From: an uncultured Clostridia bacterium
GTDB lineage: Bacteria > Bacillota > Clostridia > TANB77 > CAG-508
Assembly: GCA_934101145.1 (NCBI GenBank)
Contig: CAKOPZ010000005.1
Coordinates: forward strand, 5,290 to 69,289
Direction: 5' to 3'
Length of the DNA stretch: 64,000 nt
In this document: positions 1 to 8,299 of the stretch, piece by piece
How the letters are laid out: each line of letters opens with the position of its first letter
Numbering within the stretch: position 1 is the first letter of the stretch
Notes under the pieces: model-generated
What the model was told of the DNA's origin: nothing
Seen by the model: only the letters and a program-made list of their open reading frames with translations
Databases searched by the model: none
Position numbers and translations under genes: made by a program

Positions 1-1
1 A

Positions 2-1183
2 CTTACAATGACAGCAACACCAATTCCAAGAACACTACATATGTCAATACTTGGAATTAGGGATATGTCTGTAATATATGAGCCACCACAAAACAGAAGA
101 CCAGTTCAAACTTATGTACTTGAATATGACAGAGAAGTTATAAAAGAAGCTATAACAAAAGAACTTGAAAGAAATGGTCAGGTATTTTATTTGTATAACA
201 AAGTAGAAGACATAGAGAAAAAAGCACTTGAAATAGACGAATTGGTGCCAGAAGCAAAAGTTGAATATGCACATGGCAAAATGTCTGGAAAACAGCTAGA
301 AGAAATCATGGAAAGATTTATAAATAAAGAAGTAAATGTACTTGTATGTACAACAATACTTGAATCTGGAATTGATATACCAAATGCAAATACAATAATT
401 GTAGAAAATGCAGACAGGCTTGGACTTGCACAGCTATATCAAATACGTGGAAGAGTTGGAAGAAGCAATAAACAAGCATATGCATATGTTACATATAAAA
501 GGGATAAACTACTTACAGAAGTTGCAGATAAAAGACTAAAAACTATAAAGGAATTTACAGAGTTTGGTTCAGGATTTAAAATAGCAATGAGAGACCTTGA
601 GATAAGAGGAGCCGGAAGTTTGCTAGGTGAAATTCAACATGGACATATGGAGCAAGTTGGATATGATACATATTGCAAATTACTTGACGAAGTTGTAAAA
701 GAAATGCAAGGAATAGAAGTAAAGGAAGAGCAAGATGTTCAAGTGGATATTAATATTTCAAGCTATATTCCAGATAGTTACATAGATTCTGGAAGTCAAA
801 AAATTGAAGTATATCAAAACATTGCACTTTGTAGAACAGAAGATGATATACAAAATGTTATTGATGAATTAGTTGATAGATATGGAAATCCACCAAAAGA
901 GATAGAGAATTTGCTAGAAGTTACAAGAATAAAGGAGCTTGCAAGAAATGCAAATGTGGTAAAAATATCTCAAAGAGCCTCAAATGTTGTATTCTATTTT
1001 GATAGAAGCAAATATAACCCAGATATTATAGATAAACTTGTTAAAAAATATGAATTTAATGTAAAATTTGGTGCAGGAATTGAGCCATATGTAACATTAA
1101 AAGTAAATAATGAAACAGATAAAAAATTGATAGAGACTATAAAAGAATTCTTAATTTTTGTATCTGAAAAAGGAGAAGAATAG
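2..1183 (+). CDS. mfd: Transcription-repair coupling factor Mfd, C-terminal part (5' end outside window)
   Basis: Frame is open from the window edge. SF2 helicase C-terminal motifs TTILESGIDIPNANTIIVENADRLGLAQLYQIRGRVGRS are followed by a TRCF C-terminal domain. Confidence 0.9.
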   Translation, partial: LTMTATPIPRTLHMSILGIRDMSVIYEPPQNRRPVQTYVLEYDREVIKEAITKELERNGQVFYLYNKVEDIEKKALEIDELVPEAKVEYAHGKMSGKQLEEIMERFINKEVNVLVCTTILESGIDIPNANTIIVENADRLGLAQLYQIRGRVGRSNKQAYAYVTYKRDKLLTEVADKRLKTIKEFTEFGSGFKIAMRDLEIRGAGSLLGEIQHGHMEQVGYDTYCKLLDEVVKEMQGIEVKEEQDVQVDINISSYIPDSYIDSGSQKIEVYQNIALCRTEDDIQNVIDELVDRYGNPPKEIENLLEVTRIKELARNANVVKISQRASNVVFYFDRSKYNPDIIDKLVKKYEFNVKFGAGIEPYVTLKVNNETDKKLIETIKEFLIFVSEKGEE

Positions 1184-1971
1184 TGCAGATTATTTCAAGT
1201 AAAGATAATGAAATTGTAAAAAATATAAAAAAGCTTAAAGAAAAGAAATATAGAGATTTGGAAAATAAATTTATTGTAGAAGGAATTAAGCTTGTAGAAG
1301 AGGCAATACAGGAAAATGCTGATATAAAGCAAATTGTAGTATGTGATGATGATGTACAAGAAGGTAATTTGTCAAAAGAATATATGTACAAAATTGCAAA
1401 ATATGATTGTATATATGTTACAGCAAAGGTATTTCAGGTATTATCTGATGTAAAAACACCTCAAGGTATTTTGGCAGTAATTGAAAAGAAAAACACAAAT
1501 ACTACACTTGATTTTTCACAAGATATAATAATTGCATTAGATGATATACAAGATCCAGGAAACCTTGGAACAATACTTAGAACAGTTGATAGTGCAGGAC
1601 TAAATCAAATAATACTTTCAAAAAATAGTGCAGATGCATTTAATCCAAAAGTAGTTAGATCTACAATGGGTGCAATTTTTAGAGTAAATATAATAATTGC
1701 AGAAAATTTAGAAGAGATGCTAAAACAGGCACAAAAAAATAAATTTGAAATAATGGTAACTTCGCTGGATACACAAAATAGCATATATGATATAAAGTAT
1801 AAAAATAAAGTGATTGTTATTGGAAACGAGGCAAACGGAGTGTCTAAACCTATACAAGATATGGCAGATAAAAAAGTTAAAATTCCTATGCTTGGAAAAA
1901 CAGAAAGCTTAAATGCTTCTGTCGCAGCAAGCATTATGATATATGAATATGTTAGAGGAAAGATAGTATAA
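1183..1971 (+). CDS. TrmH/SpoU-family RNA 2'-O-methyltransferase
   Basis: GTG start overlaps the mfd stop, with RBS AAAGGAG upstream. SpoU motifs DPGNLGTILRT, VIVIGNEANGVS and IPMLGKTESLNASVAASI are present. Confidence 0.8.
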   Translation: MQIISSKDNEIVKNIKKLKEKKYRDLENKFIVEGIKLVEEAIQENADIKQIVVCDDDVQEGNLSKEYMYKIAKYDCIYVTAKVFQVLSDVKTPQGILAVIEKKNTNTTLDFSQDIIIALDDIQDPGNLGTILRTVDSAGLNQIILSKNSADAFNPKVVRSTMGAIFRVNIIIAENLEEMLKQAQKNKFEIMVTSLDTQNSIYDIKYKNKVIVIGNEANGVSKPIQDMADKKVKIPMLGKTESLNASVAASIMIYEYVRGKIV

Positions 1972-2060
1972 ATAGGAATTTTGTGATAAATCGAAAAAAA
2001 GGCTGGAATTTTGTGATAAACTTGTGAAAAATACACTTTTTCATATATGAAAACAATACA

Positions 2061-2101
2061 AAAATAACTCTGAATTAGCAATAAAGTCAGAGTTATTTTT
2101 T
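2061..2101 (+). terminator. Rho-independent terminator after the trmH-like gene
   Basis: Stem AAAATAACTCTGA / TCAGAGTTATTTT followed by a T-run. A near-identical copy lies at 6846-6887. Confidence 0.7.
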
Positions 2102-2357
2102 GATGTGGTACTTTTGGGAGGATGTTGAAAAAGTACCACAAAAATACCGTGAGTGAGTAATAATAAATGCAAGAGTAAAATAGAAATTTTTATTTAGAAA
2201 AAAATCGACAAAAGGGGTTGCTTTCTTTTGACAGGATTGGTAAAATAAGGATGTGAATTGAAGTACGCAAAAGATGAAAAGCTGTCCAAATTATCGAAAT
2301 TTTGCCTGTTGATTCAATAATTTTGTATACTAAAGAAAAAAGGAGGAAATGTTAAAA

Positions 2358-3476
2358 ATGAAAAACATAGTAAACAGAAGAAATAGTGGAATAACGCTAA
2401 TAGCGTTAGTTGTAACTATTGTAGTATTGATAATTCTTGCAACAGTAAGTATTTTTGCGGTATTTGGAGATAATGGAATAATATCAAGAGCACAAATTGC
2501 AAAGAGTACGCATGAAGAAGGAAAAGCGAATGAAGCAAATATGCTTGAAGATTATGCAAGCTATGTTGGAAATTATTTAGATGGAAAAAAAGACGACACT
2601 AAAAAAGATGAAGGAGCAACAGAAGGAATAACAGCAACAGTAGAAGGAAAGACAGTAACAATAACAAAAGATAATGTAGCAGACTATTTAGGAAGAGTAG
2701 TAACAAACTATGTACCAATAGCAACAACAGTAACAGTAGGGACAAAGACGTATACAGTATCAAATAACTACAGATTGTATTATGTAGATTTTGATAAAAA
2801 GTATAATAAAGATGAGGTATCAGTATTTTTGAAAGCAGATTGTACAAGCAATAATTATCAATTGCCAATAACAGATACAACATCAGCAGATGCAAGTAAT
2901 ATAAAAATCAAAGCATTAAATCCATCACTATATAAGGATGGAGTAACATCACCAACAGCAAGTCAAGAAAATATGAAGGAAGTAACATGGCTATTAAATA
3001 CAAGTAATTGGAATAGTTTAAAGACAGGAGCAAGCCTAGCAGATAAAGTAAATTATGTAGTAGGGGCACCAAGTGTAGAAATGATGATGGATAGCTATAA
3101 TACAAAGTATGGGCTAAAGGATAAAACAATAAATACAGATAAATTAACAGCAGATACAGAAAGAGCAAAATTGGTATATCAATATACAAGTGGAGATTTA
3201 GGATATAAAGTAGGACCATGTCATGATAATGGAACAGAATATGATTATTATACATCAGATTATTCAGTAAAAACAGATTCGAAAGTAGACAGTATGTTTT
3301 ATCCAGGAGATAACCAATGGTACTGGCTGGCGTCTCCTTCGGCTTACGACTCTAGCTATGTGTTCTATGTGAGCTACTATGGCGAAGGCAGTATGGGCGG
3401 CAACAGCTATGACTGCGACGGCGCGTTCTGTCCGCTAGTTTCTCTTAAGTCTACAGTCTCTCTACAACTACAGTAG
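2358..3476 (+). CDS. DGR target paralog 1: pilin-like N-terminus, conserved middle domain, C-terminal variable region
   Basis: AGGAGG lies 11 nt upstream of ATG 2358 (the ORF track starts at 2349). N-terminus is RRNSG-ITLIALVVTIVVLIILATVSI. The C-terminus WYWLASPSA...AFCPLVSLKSTVSLQLQ contains VR1. Confidence 0.85.
   Translation: MKNIVNRRNSGITLIALVVTIVVLIILATVSIFAVFGDNGIISRAQIAKSTHEEGKANEANMLEDYASYVGNYLDGKKDDTKKDEGATEGITATVEGKTVTITKDNVADYLGRVVTNYVPIATTVTVGTKTYTVSNNYRLYYVDFDKKYNKDEVSVFLKADCTSNNYQLPITDTTSADASNIKIKALNPSLYKDGVTSPTASQENMKEVTWLLNTSNWNSLKTGASLADKVNYVVGAPSVEMMMDSYNTKYGLKDKTINTDKLTADTERAKLVYQYTSGDLGYKVGPCHDNGTEYDYYTSDYSVKTDSKVDSMFYPGDNQWYWLASPSAYDSSYVFYVSYYGEGSMGGNSYDCDGAFCPLVSLKSTVSLQLQ
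3324..3438 (+). repeat. DGR variable repeat VR1
   Basis: 115-nt alignment to TR 9452-9566. Hand count gives 22 differences at TR adenines plus 6 at non-adenine positions. Confidence 0.8.
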
Positions 3477-3602
3477 AAAGTGCAAAAAAAAGTTAACATA
3501 AAACAATCTACGGGCTTTACAATACAAAAAGTTATTTCTTGTTTAAGAAATAACTTGACAAATAATTATTATCAAGGTTATAATAATTATGGGTGATGAA
3601 AA

Positions 3603-4796
3603 ATGCTAAAAAGAGAATTGTATTTATCAAGAATACGAGGATTTTATAATAGTGACCTTGTAAAAATTTTAGTAGGAATAAGAAGATGCGGAAAATCCGT
3701 AATTCTAAAACAAATAATGAACGAGCTAATTGAAAAAGGTATAGATGAAAATCATATAATACATATTAACTTTGAATTTATAGAGTATGAAGAGTTACAG
3801 GACTACAAAAAATTAAATAAATATATTAAAGAAAAAATTACAGATAGAAAAAAATATTATATATTTCTTGATGAAATTCAAAAAGTAGAAAAGTTTGAAG
3901 AAGTAGTAAATTCTTTAAGGGCATCTGTGGATAATATAAGTATATTTATTACAGGCTCAAATAGCAAATTGCTATCAAATGAGCTATCAACAGTTTTATC
4001 TGGAAGATATGTATTATTTAATATTTATCCATTAAGTTATAAGGAATTTGTAGAACTTACAAATAAGGAAGCAGAGTCAGAAGAAACATTTTGGGATTTT
4101 ATTAAGTGGGGTGGCTTACCTAACAGAACGCAGTTTACTGATGAAGAAAATATAAAAGATTATTTGCACAGTGTGTTTGATTCAATTATATTAAGAGATG
4201 TTGTGGAAAGATTGGGTCTAAAGGATATGGTTTTATTTAATTTGCTATTACAATATATTGTTGACACCACTGGACGTCAATTTTCAGCAGAAAATGTAAT
4301 TAACTATTTAAAATGTGAGGGAAAATCTGTATCAACTCAAACCTTATATGTATACTTAGATGCATTGTGCAGAGCATTGATAATAAAGAAAATATATAGA
4401 TATGATATTCATGGAAAAGCCATATTAAAAACTTTGAATAAATACTATATGACAGACCTTGGTATAGCTCAGATAAAAAATAATAATTTTGAGATAAATA
4501 AAAGTTTTGCAATAGAGAATGCTATATATAATGAATTGCTTGAAAGAGGGTATGATGTCTATATAGGGAAAACAAAAAATGGAGAAATAGATTTTATTGC
4601 AACAAAAACAGATGAGAAATTATATTTTCAAGTTGCATATTTATTGGAAAATGAGAAAGTTATAGATAGAGAATTTGGAGCTTTCAAAGAAATTAATGAT
4701 GATTATCCTAAATATGTGTTATCATTAGATAAAACGGATTTTTCAAAAGATGGAATTATTCATAAAAATATAATTGAGTGGTTGCTTGATAAATAA
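3603..4796 (+). CDS. AAA+ ATPase (AAA_14 / DUF4143-type architecture)
   Basis: Walker A GIRRCGKS and Walker B YYIFLDEIQ. Length and C-terminal region are typical of COG1373-like ATPases. Confidence 0.7.
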   Translation: MLKRELYLSRIRGFYNSDLVKILVGIRRCGKSVILKQIMNELIEKGIDENHIIHINFEFIEYEELQDYKKLNKYIKEKITDRKKYYIFLDEIQKVEKFEEVVNSLRASVDNISIFITGSNSKLLSNELSTVLSGRYVLFNIYPLSYKEFVELTNKEAESEETFWDFIKWGGLPNRTQFTDEENIKDYLHSVFDSIILRDVVERLGLKDMVLFNLLLQYIVDTTGRQFSAENVINYLKCEGKSVSTQTLYVYLDALCRALIIKKIYRYDIHGKAILKTLNKYYMTDLGIAQIKNNNFEINKSFAIENAIYNELLERGYDVYIGKTKNGEIDFIATKTDEKLYFQVAYLLENEKVIDREFGAFKEINDDYPKYVLSLDKTDFSKDGIIHKNIIEWLLDK

Positions 4797-4853
4797 ATTT
4801 ATGATTTATAAAAAATTGCTTTGAGTTTAGAAATAAATTCAAGGCAATTTTTT

Positions 4854-4962
4854 GTTGTATAGGAAAAATCGAAGATTTTCCCTATACAACAAGGTTAAGT
4901 TACATTGGGCTGTGCCGATTGCAAAACAATCGTGTACATGTGTCAAAGCCACTTTTCTTATT
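4854..4962 (+). repeat. Second dispersed element, copy 1 (begins with a 37-nt palindrome)
   Basis: GTTGTATAGGAAAAATCGAAGATTTTCCCTATACAAC plus about 70 nt is repeated in inverted orientation at 37957-38082. Identity is about 85% over the first ~75 nt by eye. Confidence 0.6.
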
Positions 4963-5129
4963 TAAAAGGAAAAATTGGACAGGTATCATATAGCATTAAT
5001 CTTAGAAATGGTAAAATCAAGTAAAAAAAGTATTGATTTTTAAAAATATAAATGGTAGTATAGGTATATGAAAAATGAACAAAGGAGTGCACAAAAGAAA
5101 TGATAAAGTATGAAACCGTTGAGGCTGTA

Positions 5130-5155
5130 AGAGAGAGAGAGAGAGAGAGAGAGAG
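5130..5155. repeat. (AG)13 dinucleotide microsatellite
   Basis: Uninterrupted agagag... run read directly from the sequence. Confidence 0.95.
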
Positions 5156-5372
5156 CCACAGTTTAGTAAAATAGATATAGAAGAAAATAGAGGCGAGAAA
5201 GCCTTTATTTGTGATAGAGAAAAAGACAGAAATAAAGCTAATGGTAGCTGGATTTCTATATTAGAAATTCCAAGTTGTCAAGAGCAAAGAGCTTGTAAAA
5301 GCTTATTTGTTCAAATAGCTTAATTTCTGTCTTTTTGTGCGCTTCAAAAATTGAAAAGGAGGAATTTAAAAA

Positions 5373-6506
5373 ATGAAAGAGGGAAAAATGAGGCAAGAAA
5401 GAGGTATCACGCTGATAGCGTTAGTTGTAACTATTGTAGTATTAATAATACTTGCAACAGTAAGTATTAATGCAGTGCTAGGACAAAATGGAATAATAGG
5501 GAAAGCAAAACAAGCAAAGGAGTCATATGAAAAAAGTGTGAAAGCAGAAGATACAGCAATGCAGGAATTACTAAATGAAATGGCACAGTATAATACTTAT
5601 AATAGTGGTTCAGGTGGAGGAACAACAAAACCTGAAGAAGGAATAACAGCAACAGTAGAAGGAAAGACAGTAACAATAACAAAAGATAATGTAGCAGATT
5701 ATTTAGGAAGAGTAGTAACAAACTATAAGCCAACATCAACAACAGTAACAGTAGGAAAAAAAGAATATACAGTATCAAATAATTACAGATTATATTATAT
5801 AGATTTTGAAAAAAAATATAATAAAGATGAAGTATCAGTATTTTTGAAGGCAGATTGTACAGGTAATATATATGCATTAGGACAAGATACAACAGCATCA
5901 ACAGCAGACAATGTAAAAATCAAGGCATTAAATCCATCATTATATAAGGATGGAGTAACAGCGCCAGCAGCAAGTCAAGCCAATATGAAAGCAGTAACAT
6001 TTTTAACAAATACAAGTAATTGGTCAAGCTTAAAAACAGGAGCAAGCCTAGCAGATAAAGTAAATTATGTAGTAGGTGCACCAAGTGTAGAGATGATGAT
6101 GGATAGTTATAATACAAAGTATGGATTAACAGGAAAAACACCAAATACAGGAACATTAACAGCAGATACAGCAAGAGCAAAATTATTCTATCAATATCCA
6201 ACAACGATAGATAGTAATAACTATGGATATGCGGTAGGCCCATGTAATAAAAGGTCAGATAAAAATGAATATAATTATTATACATCAGATTACTCAGTAA
6301 AAACAGATTCAGCAATAGACAGTATGTATTATCCAGGTAGTGGAAACTATTACTGGTTGGCGTCTCCTTCGGCTTCCTACGATTTCTGTGTGCTCAATGT
6401 GGACTGTCGCTTCGGGGGCCAAGTGTGCAACTGCAGCTGTAACAACAGTATTGCGCTTTGTCCGCTAGTTTCTCTTAAGTCTACAGTCTCTCTACAACTA
6501 CAGTAG
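5373..6506 (+). CDS. DGR target paralog 2 (pilin-like N-terminus, C-terminal VR)
   Basis: AGGAGG lies 10 nt upstream of the ATG. N-terminus is RQERG-ITLIALVVTIVVLIILATVSI. It shares the middle domain and the C-terminal YYWLASPSA...LCPLVSLKSTVSLQLQ with the other paralogs. Confidence 0.85.
   Translation: MKEGKMRQERGITLIALVVTIVVLIILATVSINAVLGQNGIIGKAKQAKESYEKSVKAEDTAMQELLNEMAQYNTYNSGSGGGTTKPEEGITATVEGKTVTITKDNVADYLGRVVTNYKPTSTTVTVGKKEYTVSNNYRLYYIDFEKKYNKDEVSVFLKADCTGNIYALGQDTTASTADNVKIKALNPSLYKDGVTAPAASQANMKAVTFLTNTSNWSSLKTGASLADKVNYVVGAPSVEMMMDSYNTKYGLTGKTPNTGTLTADTARAKLFYQYPTTIDSNNYGYAVGPCNKRSDKNEYNYYTSDYSVKTDSAIDSMYYPGSGNYYWLASPSASYDFCVLNVDCRFGGQVCNCSCNNSIALCPLVSLKSTVSLQLQ
6354..6468 (+). 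repeat. DGR variable repeat VR2
   Basis: 115-nt alignment to the TR. Hand count gives 23 differences at TR adenines plus 7 at non-adenine positions, including TTC->CTT inside the GC-rich 3' block. Confidence 0.8.
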
Positions 6507-6544
6507 AAAGTACAAAAAAGTTAACATAAAACAATCTACAACAA

Positions 6545-6787
6545 GCACAAAAAAATAAATTTGAAATAATGGTAACTTCGCTGGATACACCAAATAGCAT
6601 ATATGATATAAAGTATAAAAATAAAGTGATTGTTATTGGAAACGAGGCAAATGGAGTGTCTAAACCTATACAAGATATGGCAGATAAAAAAGTTAAAATT
6701 CCTATGCTTGGAAAAACAGAAAGCTTAAATGCTTCTGTCGCAGCAGGCATTATGATATATGAATATGTTAGAGGAAAGATAGTGTGA
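6545..6787 (+). pseudogene. Duplicated 3' fragment of the trmH-like gene (copy of 1729-1971)
   Basis: Near-identical to the last ~81 codons of the gene at 1183-1971. It has no N-terminal part, and the homology continues through the terminator into the upstream region of target 3. Confidence 0.85.
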
Positions 6788-7165
6788 ATAGGAATTTTGT
6801 GATAAACTTGTGAAAAATACACTTTTTCATATATGAAAACAATACAAAAATAACTCTGAATTGGCAATGAATTCAGAGTTATTTTTTGATGTGGTACTTT
6901 TGGGAGAACGTTGAAAAAGTACCACAAAAATACCGTGAGTGAGTAAAAATAAATGCAAGAGTAAAACATAAATTTTTATTTACAAAAAATCGACAAAGGG
7001 GTTGCTTTTTTTTGACAGTATTGGTAAAATAAGGATGTAAAATAACAATAAAGTATGCAAAAGATGAAAAATCTGCCAAAAATTATCGAAATTTTGCCTG
7101 TGGATTCGATAATTTTGGACATTTAATTTTTGTGTACTAAAGAAAAAAGGAGGAAAACGTTTAAA

Positions 7166-8299
7166 ATGAAAAACATAGTAAACAGAAGAAATAGTGGAAT
7201 AACGCTAATTGCGTTAGTTGTAACCATTGTAGTATTGATAATTCTTGCAACAGTGAGTATTAATACAGTATTAGGAGATAATGGAATAATAAAAAAAGCA
7301 CAAGAAGCTAAAGAGGCATACTCAAAAAGTGTGAAAGCAGAAGATACAGCAATGCAGAAATTACTAAATGAAATGGTACAGTATGATACTGATAATAGTG
7401 GTTCAGGTGGAGAAACAACAAAACCAGCAGAAGGAATAACAGCAACAGTAGATGGAAAGACAGTAACAATAACAAAAGACAATGTAGCAACATATTTAGG
7501 AAAAGTAGTAAGTAATTACAAGCCAACCGGAACAACAGTAGCTGTAGGAGGAACAACATATACAGTATCAAATAATTATAGATTGTATTATGTAGATTTT
7601 GAGGGAAAATATGGAGAAAAAAATGGAGTGTATTTGAAAGCAGATTGTACAAATAAAAATTATGCATTAGGACAAGATACAACAGCATCAACAGAAGACA
7701 ATATCAAAATCAAAGCATTAAATCCATCATTATATAATAAGGATGGGGTAACATCACCAGTAGCAAGTAATCCAAATATGAAAGCAGTAACATGGCTATT
7801 AAATACAAGTAATTGGAATAGTTTAAAAACAGGGGCAGGTTTAGCAGATAAAGTAAATTATGTAGTAGGTGCACCAAGTGTAGAGATGATGTTTGATAGT
7901 TATAATACAAAGTATGGGCTAACAGGAGAAACACCAGATACAAGCGCATTAAGTGCAAGTACAGATAGAGTAAAGCTATTCTATCAATATCCAACAACGA
8001 TAGATAGTAACAATTATGGATATGCGGTAGGCCCATGTAAGGATAGTTCAAATGAAAAAAAATATTATTATTACACATCAGATTATTCAGTAAAGACAGA
8101 TGCAACAATAGACAGTATGTATTATCCAGGGGATAATCAGTATTACTGGCTGGCGTCTCCTTCGGCTCACGGCACTAGCTTTGTGCTCTATGTGGACTCC
8201 AACGGCGGGGGCTATGTGTACAACTACAACTATGGCGGCAACGGTGCGTTCTGTCCGCTAGTTTCTCTTAAGTCTACAGTCTCTCTACAACTACAGTAG
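7166..8299 (+). CDS. DGR target paralog 3 (RT-proximal; pilin-like N-terminus, C-terminal VR)
   Basis: AGGAGG is upstream of ATG 7166 (the ORF track starts at 7130). N-terminus is RRNSG-ITLIALVVTIVVLIILATVSI. VR3 lies in the last ~50 codons. Confidence 0.9.
   Translation: MKNIVNRRNSGITLIALVVTIVVLIILATVSINTVLGDNGIIKKAQEAKEAYSKSVKAEDTAMQKLLNEMVQYDTDNSGSGGETTKPAEGITATVDGKTVTITKDNVATYLGKVVSNYKPTGTTVAVGGTTYTVSNNYRLYYVDFEGKYGEKNGVYLKADCTNKNYALGQDTTASTEDNIKIKALNPSLYNKDGVTSPVASNPNMKAVTWLLNTSNWNSLKTGAGLADKVNYVVGAPSVEMMFDSYNTKYGLTGETPDTSALSASTDRVKLFYQYPTTIDSNNYGYAVGPCKDSSNEKKYYYYTSDYSVKTDATIDSMYYPGDNQYYWLASPSAHGTSFVLYVDSNGGGYVYNYNYGGNGAFCPLVSLKSTVSLQLQ
8147..8261 (+). repeat. DGR variable repeat VR3 (cognate, adenine-only mismatches)
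   Basis: 115 nt aligned to TR 9452-9566. There are 20 mismatches, every one at a TR adenine, and 0 non-A mismatches (hand alignment). Confidence 0.9.

Noticed and set aside
2105-2139. Recurring motif GTGGTACTTTTTGG / CCAAAAAGTACCAC (also near 6893, 48244, 48565 and 58451)
   Set aside because: It is only ~14 nt and AT-rich. Two of the occurrences belong to the segmental duplication. That is too little to separate a real motif from chance without genome-wide statistics.
2228-2246. TTGACA ... TAAAAT as the promoter of target paralogs 1 and 3
   Set aside because: The spacing between the two hexamers is only 7 nt (or ~20 nt to the next candidate in the second copy). That is incompatible with a sigma-70 promoter, so the real promoter was not identified.
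2599-3255. Leu-rich antisense ORFs inside all four DGR target genes (e.g. 2599-2895, 2908-3255, 5467-5901, 7710-8108, 37344-37709)
   Set aside because: These are low-complexity Leu/Tyr-rich translations of the antisense strand of purine-rich coding sequence. They lack RBSs, and they are conserved only because the sense genes are paralogs.
6569-6787. 72-aa ORF as a stand-alone small methyltransferase gene
   Set aside because: It is near-identical to the C-terminus of the gene at 1183-1971 and is part of a ~600-nt segmental duplication. It lacks the SAM-binding N-terminal part and an RBS.
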